A DNA stretch of 34,998 nt from Myxococcales bacterium (GCA_020430585.1 JAGQJP010000665.1:1-34998), one strand, 5' to 3'. Numbered from the stretch's first letter, positions 24,743 to 33,478 are shown. The notes: generated from the letters alone by a model not told the origin. Numbers and translations: made by a program.

Positions 24743-25641
24743 CCGCCGCCTCGACCGGTGAGGAAGCGGTTGACGACGACCTCGACGGGCACCGCGCAGT
24801 CGACGAGCTGATAGCTGATGTCGTTCTCCAGGCAGCGGTGCTTGGTCTCGGAGAGGAAGCGCCCGAGCTCCTGAAGATAGGCGTCGCGGATCATCCGCGG
24901 CTCGGCGAGCACGCGCTGCGCGCTCTCCATCCCCTCGAAGCGCGTCACCTTGTGGAACGGGAAGGTCAGCTCGTCGGGGTCGAGCACGTGAAACAGCGTG
25001 ACCGAGAGGCGACGAGCCCGCAGTCGGCGCAGCAGCTGAAAGACGCTGTCGGCGTCGTCGAAGAGATCGCTGAGCACGAACGCCACTTCGCGGCGGCGCG
25101 CCAGCTCGCTCAGGCGCTCCAGCCCGGCGGCCACTCCGACCGTTCCCTGAGGCTCGACCTCTTCGAGCGCCGTGCAGAGGGGATACAGATGGGAAAACGC
25201 TGCCCGCGGCGGCACGTAGGTCTGTGTCTCGGCGCCGTGGACGATCAACCCGACGGCGTCGGCCTGCACCAGAAAGAGATACGAGAGGGCCGCCGTCAGA
25301 TACCCAGCGGTCTCGTACTTGGTGCGCGCGCCCGAGCCATACCGCATCGACTCCGAGGCGTCGATCACGAAGTAGACCTTGAGGTTGCTCTCCTTCTCGA
25401 ACTGCTTGATGTAGTACTTGTCGGACTTCGCGGCGGCCTTCCAATCGATGTGTCGGATCTCGTCGCCGGGTGTGTACTCTTTGTGCTCCGCGAATTCGAT
25501 CGACGCGCCGCGGTGCGGGCTGCGGTGAATCCCCGACAGACGTCCCTCCATCGGCCGTCGAGCCTTGTATCCGACGCGTCCGAGACGAGAGAAGAGCTTC
25601 GAGTCGAGGTATTTCGGTTGATCCGGCACGCGCGCCTCCAC
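24739..25641 (-). CDS. DUF58 family protein (partner of MoxR ATPases)
   Basis: HRSPHRGASIEFAEHKEYTPGDEIRHIDWKAAAKSDKYYIKQF and VYFVIDASESMRYGS are typical DUF58 motifs. The start is uncertain: in-frame GTG at 25641 (7 nt after the MoxR stop), GTG at 25629, or the track's TTG at 25680, which would overlap moxR. Confidence 0.75.
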   Translation of the reverse strand: MEARVPDQPKYLDSKLFSRLGRVGYKARRPMEGRLSGIHRSPHRGASIEFAEHKEYTPGDEIRHIDWKAAAKSDKYYIKQFEKESNLKVYFVIDASESMRYGSGARTKYETAGYLTAALSYLFLVQADAVGLIVHGAETQTYVPPRAAFSHLYPLCTALEEVEPQGTVGVAAGLERLSELARRREVAFVLSDLFDDADSVFQLLRRLRARRLSVTLFHVLDPDELTFPFHKVTRFEGMESAQRVLAEPRMIRDAYLQELGRFLSETKHRCLENDISYQLVDCAVPVEVVVNRFLTGRGGG

Positions 25642-25648
25642 GAGACCG

Positions 25649-26674
25649 CTAGGGTCCGACGGTCTCGAGCAGCCGCTCAACGATCTGCCCCGCGCTGACG
25701 CGGTCCGCCTCGGCGTGGAAGTTGGTGACGATGCGGTGGCTCAGCACATAGGGCGCCAGACGCGAAACCTCGCTCGTCGAGACGGCGACCTGACCGTGCA
25801 AGAGCGACATCGCCTTGGCCCCGAGAATCAGATATTGCGACGCCCGTGGACCCGCGCCCCAGCTCACGTACTCGCGGACGAAATCGGGAGCCGACGGCTC
25901 GTTGGGCCGCGTGGCGCGCACCAAGCGCACGGCATAGGCGAGGACGTGGTCGGCGACGGGCACACGCAGCACTAGCTGCTGCATCCGCAAGATCCGCTCG
26001 GGGGTGATCACCTTCTCGAGCATCTCGGCGACGCCACCCGTGTTGCGGCGGACGATCTCCATCTCCTCTTCCAGCGAGGGGTAGAGCACCTGAATCGAGA
26101 ACATGAAACGATCGAGCTGCGCCTCGGGGAGCGGGTAGGTCCCCTCCTGTTCGATCGGATTCTGCGTCGCGAAGACGAGAAACGGCGGCTCGAGCTGGTA
26201 GGTCGTCCCGCCCGCCGAGACTTGCAACTCCTGCATCGCCTGCAAGAGGGCCGCCTGCGTCTTCGGCGGTGTGCGGTTGATCTCGTCGGCGAGGAGGATG
26301 TTGGAGAAGATCGGCCCCTTGAGAAACTTGAAAACGCGCCGACCGGTTGCGCGGTCTTCCTCGAGGATGTCCGTCCCCGTGATGTCCGAGGGCATCAGGT
26401 CGGGGGTGAACTGGATCCGGTTGAACCGCAGACTCAGCGCCTCCGAGAGCGTGCTGATCAACATCGTCTTCGCCAACCCGGGCACGCCGATAAAGAGGCA
26501 GTGACCCTTGGCGAAGAGGCTGGTCAAGAGGATCTCGACCACCGTCCCTTGACCGATGATCCGCTTGGAGATTTCGTGCTGGATGCGCTCGCGGCAACTG
26601 CGGAGCTCTTCAATTTCGGACAGCTCGGCATCGGTGGGCGCCAACGCCGCCTGCTGACCTACTTGCGTCGTCAT
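25649..26674 (-). CDS. moxR: MoxR-family AAA+ ATPase
   Basis: Walker A GVPGLAKT, Walker B ILLADEINRTPPKTQAALLQAMQE, and FLVFATQNPIEQEGTYPLPEAQLDRF. The start is ATG at 26672-26674 (MTTQVGQQ...), an ATGA overlap with the upstream stop. The track start at 26716 is an alternative. Confidence 0.9.
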   Translation of the reverse strand: MTTQVGQQAALAPTDAELSEIEELRSCRERIQHEISKRIIGQGTVVEILLTSLFAKGHCLFIGVPGLAKTMLISTLSEALSLRFNRIQFTPDLMPSDITGTDILEEDRATGRRVFKFLKGPIFSNILLADEINRTPPKTQAALLQAMQELQVSAGGTTYQLEPPFLVFATQNPIEQEGTYPLPEAQLDRFMFSIQVLYPSLEEEMEIVRRNTGGVAEMLEKVITPERILRMQQLVLRVPVADHVLAYAVRLVRATRPNEPSAPDFVREYVSWGAGPRASQYLILGAKAMSLLHGQVAVSTSEVSRLAPYVLSHRIVTNFHAEADRVSAGQIVERLLETVGP

Positions 26675-28395
26675 TTCACGTCCTGTTCGCGGCTGAGGAT
26701 CTTCATCTTCTGCCAACTGCTCTTGGCCAACCGCTCGTCACCCTTCAACTGGTAAACCTTGAATAACATACGATGAATGTCGATATCAAACGGATTGATC
26801 CGCTCGGCGCGCAGCAGATGCTGCAACGCGAGATCGTAGGCTTTGGTTTCGAAGAAGGCGCGTCCGAGATAGAAATTGACCAGGAAATAGTCCGGGTAAT
26901 AGCGCGTCACAGCGCGCAGCGTGTCGATCGCCTTCTGGGAGAGGCCGAGCTCGAGATAGGCATGCGCCAGTTTCGCCTGCACCATCGGTTTGACGTCGCC
27001 GATCAACCCCGTCGCCTTGCGATACTCTTTCACCGCCGCACGATAGCGACGGCGAGCGCGCAGCAGGTCACCGAGGTAGACGAAGCGACGCGCCTCTTTT
27101 TCCTTGATCATCCCGAGCTCGGCGCGCCGCTGATCGTTCGCCTTGCCCTTGAAGAGCTTGCCGACGGGCACGAGGCCAGGATAGCTGCGCAACGACTGAG
27201 CCCCGAGCCAGCGGCGCCACTCGCGGTTGAACTCGCTGAAGGAGAGCGAGAGCACCTGCTTGATCGCCTGCTTGTCGCTCAACCCTGTGGTCATCGCGTC
27301 TAGCAGACGGCGCACGAGCGGGGCACCGCCCTTCTCGTACATCTGTTGCACCGCGGTGAAGACCTCGGCGAACGCGAGCGCCGTCTCCGCCTGGCTCGGC
27401 AGCTTGGCCATCGAGGGGCTCATCTTCGCGAAGCTGATCAGCTTGCGTCCCTTGAGGGCCTGCGCGAGCAGGTGCTCGTGGATCAGCGAAAGACGCGCCG
27501 CCTTCTCTTCTCGCCAGCGGTTCTCGAAGAACTTGGCCAGCCCTTCGTGGAGCCAAACCGGCACGCTGTTGTGGGTCTTGCGCGTGATCACGAAGTGGAT
27601 GTACTCGTGGGCCAGGGTGTCGAGCCAGTTGTAGCCCCAGACCAGCGCTCGCGGCGAGACGATCATCATCCGGTTGAATTTGCAGATCGCGATCGTACCG
27701 CTAGTGGTGATCTCGGCCAGGGTCAGCGGTGTGACGCGGGCGAGCTGTTCGGTCGAGGGGTAGATCTCGACGATCACGGGCCCCGTTGGGCGATAGTCGA
27801 AGATCCCGCCGAGCTTCTGCCAGGCGAGATCGAGGGCGAGCCCGGCCCCCTCGAGGAGCACCTCGTCGAGCCCCGGCTGATAGCGAATGACGAAGTGACC
27901 CTTGGGGCTTCGATAGGATTTGAACTGGCGGGTCATCTCGAGCGCGCCCTTCGCCATCGTGTGGTAGTAGCGCACGAGGCTCAACCGTTGGCGCGTCGCG
28001 TCGAGTCCCTCGAAGATCGTCACCGCCGCCCTGTATTCCCCGCGCAAGAAGGCGAGAATCCCGCGCAATGTCTTGACCTGGGGGTCGTCGGGAAAGGCGC
28101 GGGTCAAGGGCGCGAGCTTCTCCTCGGCGACCTCGATCTGCCAGCTGCGAAAGCGATTGAGGATCTCGACGATCGCCGACGACTGGGGCGCAGCGCGAAG
28201 CGTCGTCGGGAGCAGGAACACGCTCCAGAGCACGACGACGCCGACCAACCACCGCGCCGAGCGCGTCGCCGATGCGATGGCAGCGCGTGCGCTAGGTCTA
28301 CCCGCCCGCGCTCGCTGGTCGCTGGCGTAGGTCACGCCCGCGCTCGGTCGCGATCGCCCGCGGTCGTCTCGTTGCTCGGCAGAGGTTCGGTTCAT
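26671..28395 (-). CDS. Membrane-anchored or secreted protein with a gluzincin-type HExxH...E motif (Peptidase_MA-like) and C-terminal TPR repeats
   Basis: 574 aa. The ATG at 28393-28395 forms an ATGA overlap with the upstream stop. An Arg-rich N-terminus is followed by the hydrophobic segment WLVGVVVLWSVFLLPTTLRAAP. The motif HEYIHFVITRKTHNSVPVWLHEGLAKFF spans 27544-27609. The C-terminal ~150 aa are TPR-like (AVKEYRKATGLIGD..., AIDTLRAVTRYYPDY..., ALQHLLRAERINPFD). Confidence 0.7.
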   Translation of the reverse strand: MNRTSAEQRDDRGRSRPSAGVTYASDQRARAGRPSARAAIASATRSARWLVGVVVLWSVFLLPTTLRAAPQSSAIVEILNRFRSWQIEVAEEKLAPLTRAFPDDPQVKTLRGILAFLRGEYRAAVTIFEGLDATRQRLSLVRYYHTMAKGALEMTRQFKSYRSPKGHFVIRYQPGLDEVLLEGAGLALDLAWQKLGGIFDYRPTGPVIVEIYPSTEQLARVTPLTLAEITTSGTIAICKFNRMMIVSPRALVWGYNWLDTLAHEYIHFVITRKTHNSVPVWLHEGLAKFFENRWREEKAARLSLIHEHLLAQALKGRKLISFAKMSPSMAKLPSQAETALAFAEVFTAVQQMYEKGGAPLVRRLLDAMTTGLSDKQAIKQVLSLSFSEFNREWRRWLGAQSLRSYPGLVPVGKLFKGKANDQRRAELGMIKEKEARRFVYLGDLLRARRRYRAAVKEYRKATGLIGDVKPMVQAKLAHAYLELGLSQKAIDTLRAVTRYYPDYFLVNFYLGRAFFETKAYDLALQHLLRAERINPFDIDIHRMLFKVYQLKGDERLAKSSWQKMKILSREQDVK

Positions 28396-31300
28396 TGTAC
28401 GTTTCGTCGTAAAATCGCTTCGTAATACTGTTTGAGGAGCTGCTCGTAGCGCTTGGGCACGTTTCCGCGCTCGCGGTACGCCCGCAGCACCTCTTCGGTG
28501 AACTGCTTGGGCGGCTTGTGGTCGTCGGCCGTCGGAATCCGGACACGGTCGGTGTCGGGACGAATCGAGCCGATCTGCTGTCGCGGTGACTGCTTGAAGG
28601 TCTTTTCGAGATTCTGCTGCAAGCGCTGCAAGCGCTCGATCGCGCTCTTCTCGTGGAACTCCGCCTGCAGCGGGCTGCTCTCGCCAAGTCGCCGCCCGGC
28701 CCGCTCCATCGAGCGCCGCACGTCCTGCATCAGCTCGCGCACTTCGCGGCTGATGATCGGATAGTCTTTGCTCAACTTGCGCAGCTCGTCATAGGTCTTC
28801 TCCAGCTTCTGCGAGAGATTGCTCTGGCGCTTCGAGAGCCGCTGTAGGCGCCGCTTCTCCGGCTCTCCGAGCAGCTTGCGCTGCCCCTTGAGCATCTGGC
28901 GGATCTCATCGGAGATCTCCTGGGCCAGGGGCAACGAGCGTTCGAGCTGTTTCTTGGCGAGCTTGAGCGGTCGTTGCCGCTTGTTCGTATCGCGCAGTGA
29001 GCGAAACGTGAGCTGCGTCTCGAGCTCGCGGCGCAATTTCTTGATCCCCTGTCGCGTCTCTTCGGCGAGCTTGAACGCCTCTTTGACGTCGAACTGCTTG
29101 AGCACGTCCCGCAGGTGCTGCGCGCGCCGCTTGAGATTCTGTAGCGCCTGGCGATCGAGGGAGTGCAGCGGCTTGCCGCGAATCCGCCCGAGCTTGTGCT
29201 CGAGTTGCCTCACCTTGGCGAGTTGTTTCTTGAGGAACTTGTCCATCTGCTTGCGCATCAGACGCTGCAGCTTCTTGTTGTACGCCTCGGAGATCTTCGA
29301 GGTCTTGCTCTGAATCCGACGCTGTTCGCGCTCGAGCCGCTCGAGCTTGCGCGTCATCTTCTTCACACCTTGATACGCGGCGGAGAACTTCTCGTTCTGA
29401 AAGCGACGTAGGTCGCGGTTCATCGATGCGCGCAGGTTCTGCAGCTCGTTCTGCAGATTGTTCGCCATGTTCAGCGCCTCATCGTACTTGCCCTTGGCCA
29501 AGAGCTCCTTCATTCGGCGCAGGCGGTCCTTCATCTTGCTCAAGCTGGTCATGTTCTTGCCGTGCTTGAAGGCGCTCCGATTGAAGCGCTCGTCGGGCAG
29601 CACGGTCGTCGGCGCCGCGAGCTGCTTCATGATCTGTTGCAGCTTCGTCTCGAGTGCGGCGATCTTGCGCTTCACCTCGGCTGCCAGCTTCGCGTTGGGC
29701 TTGTTCTTGAGCTGATTCATCAGCTCCATCAGGCGATTTTGGTCGCTGAGCAGGTCCTTGACGCTGCTGAGCACGTTCTCCTGCTTCTGTCGACCGATCA
29801 GGTTCTGGACGAAGGGGATGTGCTTCTCGAGCGCCCCGATCTGGGACTCGTTGATCCGGAAGAGCGACGTCAAATCCGAGAGATTGCGCTGCCCGCCGTG
29901 GTGCAACAGCATCGACTTGAGCTGCCGCGTCTCGTCGGCGTTGAGCTTCTCGATCGAGGCGAGAATCGCGCCATAGTCCTGCACGACCTCGAGACGAGTC
30001 AGCGGATCCTTTTGCAAATCGCGGCGAAGGGCTCGCAGCTTCTCCTCGAGGTCGCTGCTCGCCTTGGAGATCGCGCTCTGAGCACGAAACAGAAGGTCGT
30101 AGCGTTGGAGCGCCCGCTCGTCGATCGGGCTCTCGAGGCGATCGCCGAGCAAGCGGATCATCGCCTCGACGAGCTTCACCTGCCGACGGAGCAGCTGTTT
30201 GTGTTTTCGCTGAGGCGAAAAGATTCGGATCAGGATCGCCGAGCTCCGCGTCTTTTTGTGCCCCTGGACCTCATCGTTGTCCAGCACTTCGAGCCAGCAC
30301 TGGAGCTGATCGCCTCGCGTCAGATCGAGCTTGGCCAGCTCGAGCTCTTCGTTCTGCGAGCGATAGAGCTTCTGCGACGACGAGAACGACTTGAGTCGGA
30401 GGCGCTTCTCCTTGTTGCGCGGCGTGCAGACCAGATCGATGCGGCTGAGTCCGAAGTCGTCGCTGGTGACGAAGCGCAGCGGCAGCCGATCGGTCGGGTT
30501 GAGCTCGATCTCTGGCGGCATGTTCACCCACTCGACCTCGGGGGGCAGATCACGCTCGGCCTCGATCGTGCGCCACGATGTCTCATCGGTGCGCGACCCG
30601 CGATGCTCGATACGGAAGCGGAAACGCTCGGGCCCATCGACGACGAGAGAGCCGCGTGCCAGCCCGCTGCGCGGGTCCAAGCGCAGGTCGATCGGCTTGT
30701 TCGCCACTCCTTTGCGCAAAAGCACGATCCGATCGGCGGGAAATAGCGGCCGTGTCTCGAAGCGAACGCGAGTACCGCGCAACGCCGTAATGTCGCCGCG
30801 GGTTCCGCGAATCGTCTTCGGGGCGAGCCCGGTATAGGCGGGATAGATGTACCGTAGCGTCAGATCGCCGACGACGACCTCGCTCTTGCGCGTGATCACG
30901 AGCCGCGGCGGCACACCGTAACGGCGGCTGTCGACGAGCTCACGAAAGCCGAGGAGAAACTGGCTCGGCAACGCGGCGATGGCGACGGCACAGGAGAGCA
31001 ACATGATGCCGGCGATCCGATAGTTCTGCGTGGCCCGCCCATCGGCGAGGATTCGACGCACGTCGAGGGCCGCGCAGTGCCGCGCGGTGCGGCGGTAGAG
31101 CTCGGCCAAGAGAGCCGACGAGAAGCCACGTCGACTCGAGACACCCGCCGTGAAATCGACCGAGCTCGAGAGATCGTTGCGCAACGCCGGGTGCCGTCGT
31201 TCGAGATAGCTCGCGACCGTCACCAGAGAGCGAAAGCGGAAGAACGGCACGACGAGGATCGCGATCACGGTGCCAGCGACCATCACCGCGGCGGCGATCG

Positions 31301-31478
31301 CGACGACGATCCGAAAGAGCGCCACGTTCTGCACGACCCCAGCGCCGAAGACCGCTACGGCCATGAGCGGAATCGCCAACACGATCCAGGCCGAAAGCGC
31401 CGTGCCGAGTTGGCGCCACGCGATCGTGTAGCGTGCACGCGTAAGAAAGGCCATGATGGAGCGTTGATCGTTCGTCAT
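28392..31478 (-). CDS. Large polytopic membrane protein with a beta-rich middle region and a ~600-aa K/R/Q/E/L-rich helical (coiled-coil-like) C-terminal region; DUF4175-like by architecture
   Basis: 1028 aa, with ATG at 31476-31478. The N-terminus has 3-4 hydrophobic helices (LSAWIVLAIPLMAVAVFGAGV, FRIVVAIAAAVMVAGTVIAILVV, IAGIMLLSCAVAIAAL). The C-terminus ends PKRYEQLLKQYYEAILRR. The family name is a recollection-based guess; the CDS itself is solid. Confidence 0.6.
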   Translation of the reverse strand: MTNDQRSIMAFLTRARYTIAWRQLGTALSAWIVLAIPLMAVAVFGAGVVQNVALFRIVVAIAAAVMVAGTVIAILVVPFFRFRSLVTVASYLERRHPALRNDLSSSVDFTAGVSSRRGFSSALLAELYRRTARHCAALDVRRILADGRATQNYRIAGIMLLSCAVAIAALPSQFLLGFRELVDSRRYGVPPRLVITRKSEVVVGDLTLRYIYPAYTGLAPKTIRGTRGDITALRGTRVRFETRPLFPADRIVLLRKGVANKPIDLRLDPRSGLARGSLVVDGPERFRFRIEHRGSRTDETSWRTIEAERDLPPEVEWVNMPPEIELNPTDRLPLRFVTSDDFGLSRIDLVCTPRNKEKRLRLKSFSSSQKLYRSQNEELELAKLDLTRGDQLQCWLEVLDNDEVQGHKKTRSSAILIRIFSPQRKHKQLLRRQVKLVEAMIRLLGDRLESPIDERALQRYDLLFRAQSAISKASSDLEEKLRALRRDLQKDPLTRLEVVQDYGAILASIEKLNADETRQLKSMLLHHGGQRNLSDLTSLFRINESQIGALEKHIPFVQNLIGRQKQENVLSSVKDLLSDQNRLMELMNQLKNKPNAKLAAEVKRKIAALETKLQQIMKQLAAPTTVLPDERFNRSAFKHGKNMTSLSKMKDRLRRMKELLAKGKYDEALNMANNLQNELQNLRASMNRDLRRFQNEKFSAAYQGVKKMTRKLERLEREQRRIQSKTSKISEAYNKKLQRLMRKQMDKFLKKQLAKVRQLEHKLGRIRGKPLHSLDRQALQNLKRRAQHLRDVLKQFDVKEAFKLAEETRQGIKKLRRELETQLTFRSLRDTNKRQRPLKLAKKQLERSLPLAQEISDEIRQMLKGQRKLLGEPEKRRLQRLSKRQSNLSQKLEKTYDELRKLSKDYPIISREVRELMQDVRRSMERAGRRLGESSPLQAEFHEKSAIERLQRLQQNLEKTFKQSPRQQIGSIRPDTDRVRIPTADDHKPPKQFTEEVLRAYRERGNVPKRYEQLLKQYYEAILRRNVQ

Positions 31479-31537
31479 AAGAGTTGGCGGGGTGCGTCGC
31501 TAACCGTCTTCGTGAATCCCTTGCGGTACAAGCGTCG

Positions 31538-31546
31538 ATTGTAGCA
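31538..31546 (-). promoter_or_regulatory. Candidate extended -10 promoter (TGCTACAAT) for the MoxR-module operon
   Basis: The minus strand reads TGcTACAAT about 55 nt upstream of the ATG at 31478. There is no convincing -35. Pattern match only. Confidence 0.2.
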
Positions 31547-31603
31547 GAAATATTCCCCCGACGCCCGGCCTTTCGACAGCTCGCGGTCCTCGATGTCGAA
31601 CGA

Positions 31604-31632
31604 TTTACTTTTGACCCGAGCTCCTCTATGAT
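31604..31632 (+). promoter_or_regulatory. Candidate sigma-70-type promoter for the second ECF sigma gene
   Basis: TTTACT, a 17-nt spacer, then TATGAT, about 65 nt upstream of position 31699. Pattern match only. Confidence 0.2.
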
Positions 31633-31698
31633 TTCATCTCGATTCGACCGCTGCACCATCGGTAATCGGTCCAAATAATTTTTGAATTTTCGCCCCGT

Positions 31699-32316
31699 TT
31701 GTTCGTCGTACAAGCAAGTGGTTGGAGCGCCGGGTTGGAGTTCGACGACCGACAACTCGTAAGACGCTGTCAGCAAGGTGATCGCGAGGCGTTTCGCCTG
31801 TTGGTCGAGCGTTACCAGCGGAAAGTGTACCGCTTGGCCTTCGGGATGGTGCAGAACCCCGATGACGCGATGGACATCGTCCAGGAAGCGTTCATCAAGG
31901 TGCATCGGTACATCGACAATTTCCAGGGGAACTCGAGCTTTCAGACCTGGTTGTATCGGATCGCCTCGAACATCTGCATCGACCACTTGCGACGTGGCGG
32001 ACGCCGCGCCGCCGTCGAATACGACGACGAGCTGCGCCACGAAAGCGACGACGATCCCTCCGACGGAGCGATCCAAACGCGGACCGAATCGCCGGAACGG
32101 ACGCTCGGGCGTAAGGAATTGAACGGAAAAATCCTAGAGGCAATCGAGGGTTTGAGCAAGAAACATCGACAAGTGATTCTCCTTCGAGAGATCGAGGGGC
32201 TATCATATGAAGAGATCTCGGAGGCGCTCCAGATCAACAAAGGTACTGTGATGTCTCGACTGCACCACGCACGGTTGCAGTTGAAGAAGAAATTGCAATC
32301 GTACCTTTCGAACTGA
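31699..32316 (+). CDS. ECF (RpoE-like) RNA polymerase sigma factor
   Basis: LVRRCQQGDREAFRLLVERYQRKVYRLAFGMVQNPDDAMDIVQEAFIKVHRYI...FQTWLYRIASNICIDHLRR covers region 2. HRQVILLREIEGLSYEEISEALQINKGTVMSRLHHAR covers region 4. The start is uncertain: TTG at 31699, or a downstream in-frame TTG giving M-EFDDRQLV. Confidence 0.85.
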   Translation: MFVVQASGWSAGLEFDDRQLVRRCQQGDREAFRLLVERYQRKVYRLAFGMVQNPDDAMDIVQEAFIKVHRYIDNFQGNSSFQTWLYRIASNICIDHLRRGGRRAAVEYDDELRHESDDDPSDGAIQTRTESPERTLGRKELNGKILEAIEGLSKKHRQVILLREIEGLSYEEISEALQINKGTVMSRLHHARLQLKKKLQSYLSN

Positions 32317-32326
32317 GGCGATCGCG

Positions 32327-32926
32327 ATGGACGAACGACGAAGAAAAGAGCTTGAGCGGCTATACGATGGGGAGCTCTCTCCCGCGCGGGCACGACGCGT
32401 GCGCGAAGAGCTCGAACGCGATCCGGCGATGCGGGCCGAGTACGATGAGATCTGCTCGCTGAGCCAGATGCTGCGCGAACCCTTCGACGAGCACGAAGAG
32501 TCGGTCTCGTTCGACGGGCTCTGGAACCGAATCGAGCGGGGGATCGAAAAAGAGCAACCCCTGCCCTGGACGACGCGCGTGGCGATCGCGATTCGCGAAC
32601 ACTTCGCGCTCTATCGAGGTGCTTGGGTAGCCAGCCTGGCGACGGCGTGCGCGCTGTTGATTCTGCTGCTGCCCGCCGTACTGAAGAAGCCGACCGAGCA
32701 GGGTGGCGCGCGCGAGTCTGCGCCGATCTCCAACGAGATGCGCGTCGAGACCTGGGAGGTCGAGAAGGGTGACGTGATCGTCAAGTACCCGAAGTCCAAA
32801 GACCAGCCCGCGGTGATCTACCACCTCGTCGACGACGACGAGTCGGATCGCAACGAGAAACCCAAACCTGAATCGCGAAAGACCAAGTCGCCCACGAGTA
32901 AGCCCAAGAACGACAAGCCCCTATGA
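32327..32926 (+). CDS. Single-pass anti-sigma factor (putative cognate of the upstream ECF sigma)
   Basis: It begins 10 nt after the sigma stop. The N-terminal helical segment LERLYDGELSPARARRVREELERDPAMRAEYDEI resembles anti-sigma N-domains. One TM segment (AWVASLATACALLILLLPAVL) is followed by a short charged periplasmic tail. Confidence 0.6.
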   Translation: MDERRRKELERLYDGELSPARARRVREELERDPAMRAEYDEICSLSQMLREPFDEHEESVSFDGLWNRIERGIEKEQPLPWTTRVAIAIREHFALYRGAWVASLATACALLILLLPAVLKKPTEQGGARESAPISNEMRVETWEVEKGDVIVKYPKSKDQPAVIYHLVDDDESDRNEKPKPESRKTKSPTSKPKNDKPL

Positions 32927-33363
32927 AGTTGATTGCGCTCTGCGCGTTGTTCGCGACGATAACGACCGCAACCGAAGCCGCGCCGCAGGATACAACGACG
33001 GCGTCCTTCGAGGTGCGGGTGATCGCCGCGGCGCGCGAGCGTAGACCGACTCGAGACCCCGATATTTCGCCGAGAATGGCGCGTCAGCTCGGGCGAACAT
33101 TTAGCAAGTTCAACAGTTTCAAGCTCGTCAAGCTCGTCACCTTCCGCGCGGCCGCCAATGTCAAGAGCCCGATGGCGCTCCCGGGATTCGAACATCCCCT
33201 GCAGTTGACCTACCTCGGGATGAAAAAGAACTTCATTCGCATCTATCTCGAGCTCCTCGGGCTGCGCACCCAGGTTCGCGTGCACAACGGCGGGACCTTC
33301 TTCCATGCGACCCAGCGACGTCGGTCGCTGACGATCATCGCGGTCACCTCTCGCGTGCCCTGA
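32923..33363 (+). CDS. Small secreted hypothetical protein
   Basis: 146 aa. It forms an ATGA overlap with the anti-sigma stop. The signal peptide is MKLIALCALFATITTATEAAP. I recognise no family. Confidence 0.5.
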   Translation: MKLIALCALFATITTATEAAPQDTTTASFEVRVIAAARERRPTRDPDISPRMARQLGRTFSKFNSFKLVKLVTFRAAANVKSPMALPGFEHPLQLTYLGMKKNFIRIYLELLGLRTQVRVHNGGTFFHATQRRRSLTIIAVTSRVP

Positions 33364-33384
33364 CAGCGCTCAGGAAAACCGCGG

Positions 33385-33414
33385 TTGCCAAGCGCTTGAC
33401 GTATCCTCTATAAT
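33385..33414 (+). promoter_or_regulatory. Candidate sigma-70-type promoter with a perfect -10
   Basis: TTGCCA (33385-33390), an 18-nt spacer, then TATAAT (33409-33414), 65 nt upstream of the ATG at 33479. Confidence 0.4.
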
Positions 33415-33478
33415 CTAGCAAATTCCAGGCTTGGGCCATTTGTACAACCACAATCGGAAAATCCAAGAAGTGGACGAC

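Noticed and set aside
31514-31536. An ECF-type promoter-like GAAT-N15-CGTC in the sigma/MoxR-operon divergent region.
   Set aside because: Read as TGAATC-N14-CGTC, the spacing is about 2 nt short of the usual ECF -35/-10 geometry, and the -35 is not the usual GGAAC or TGAAC form. It also lies ~160 nt from the sigma start. That is not enough to call.
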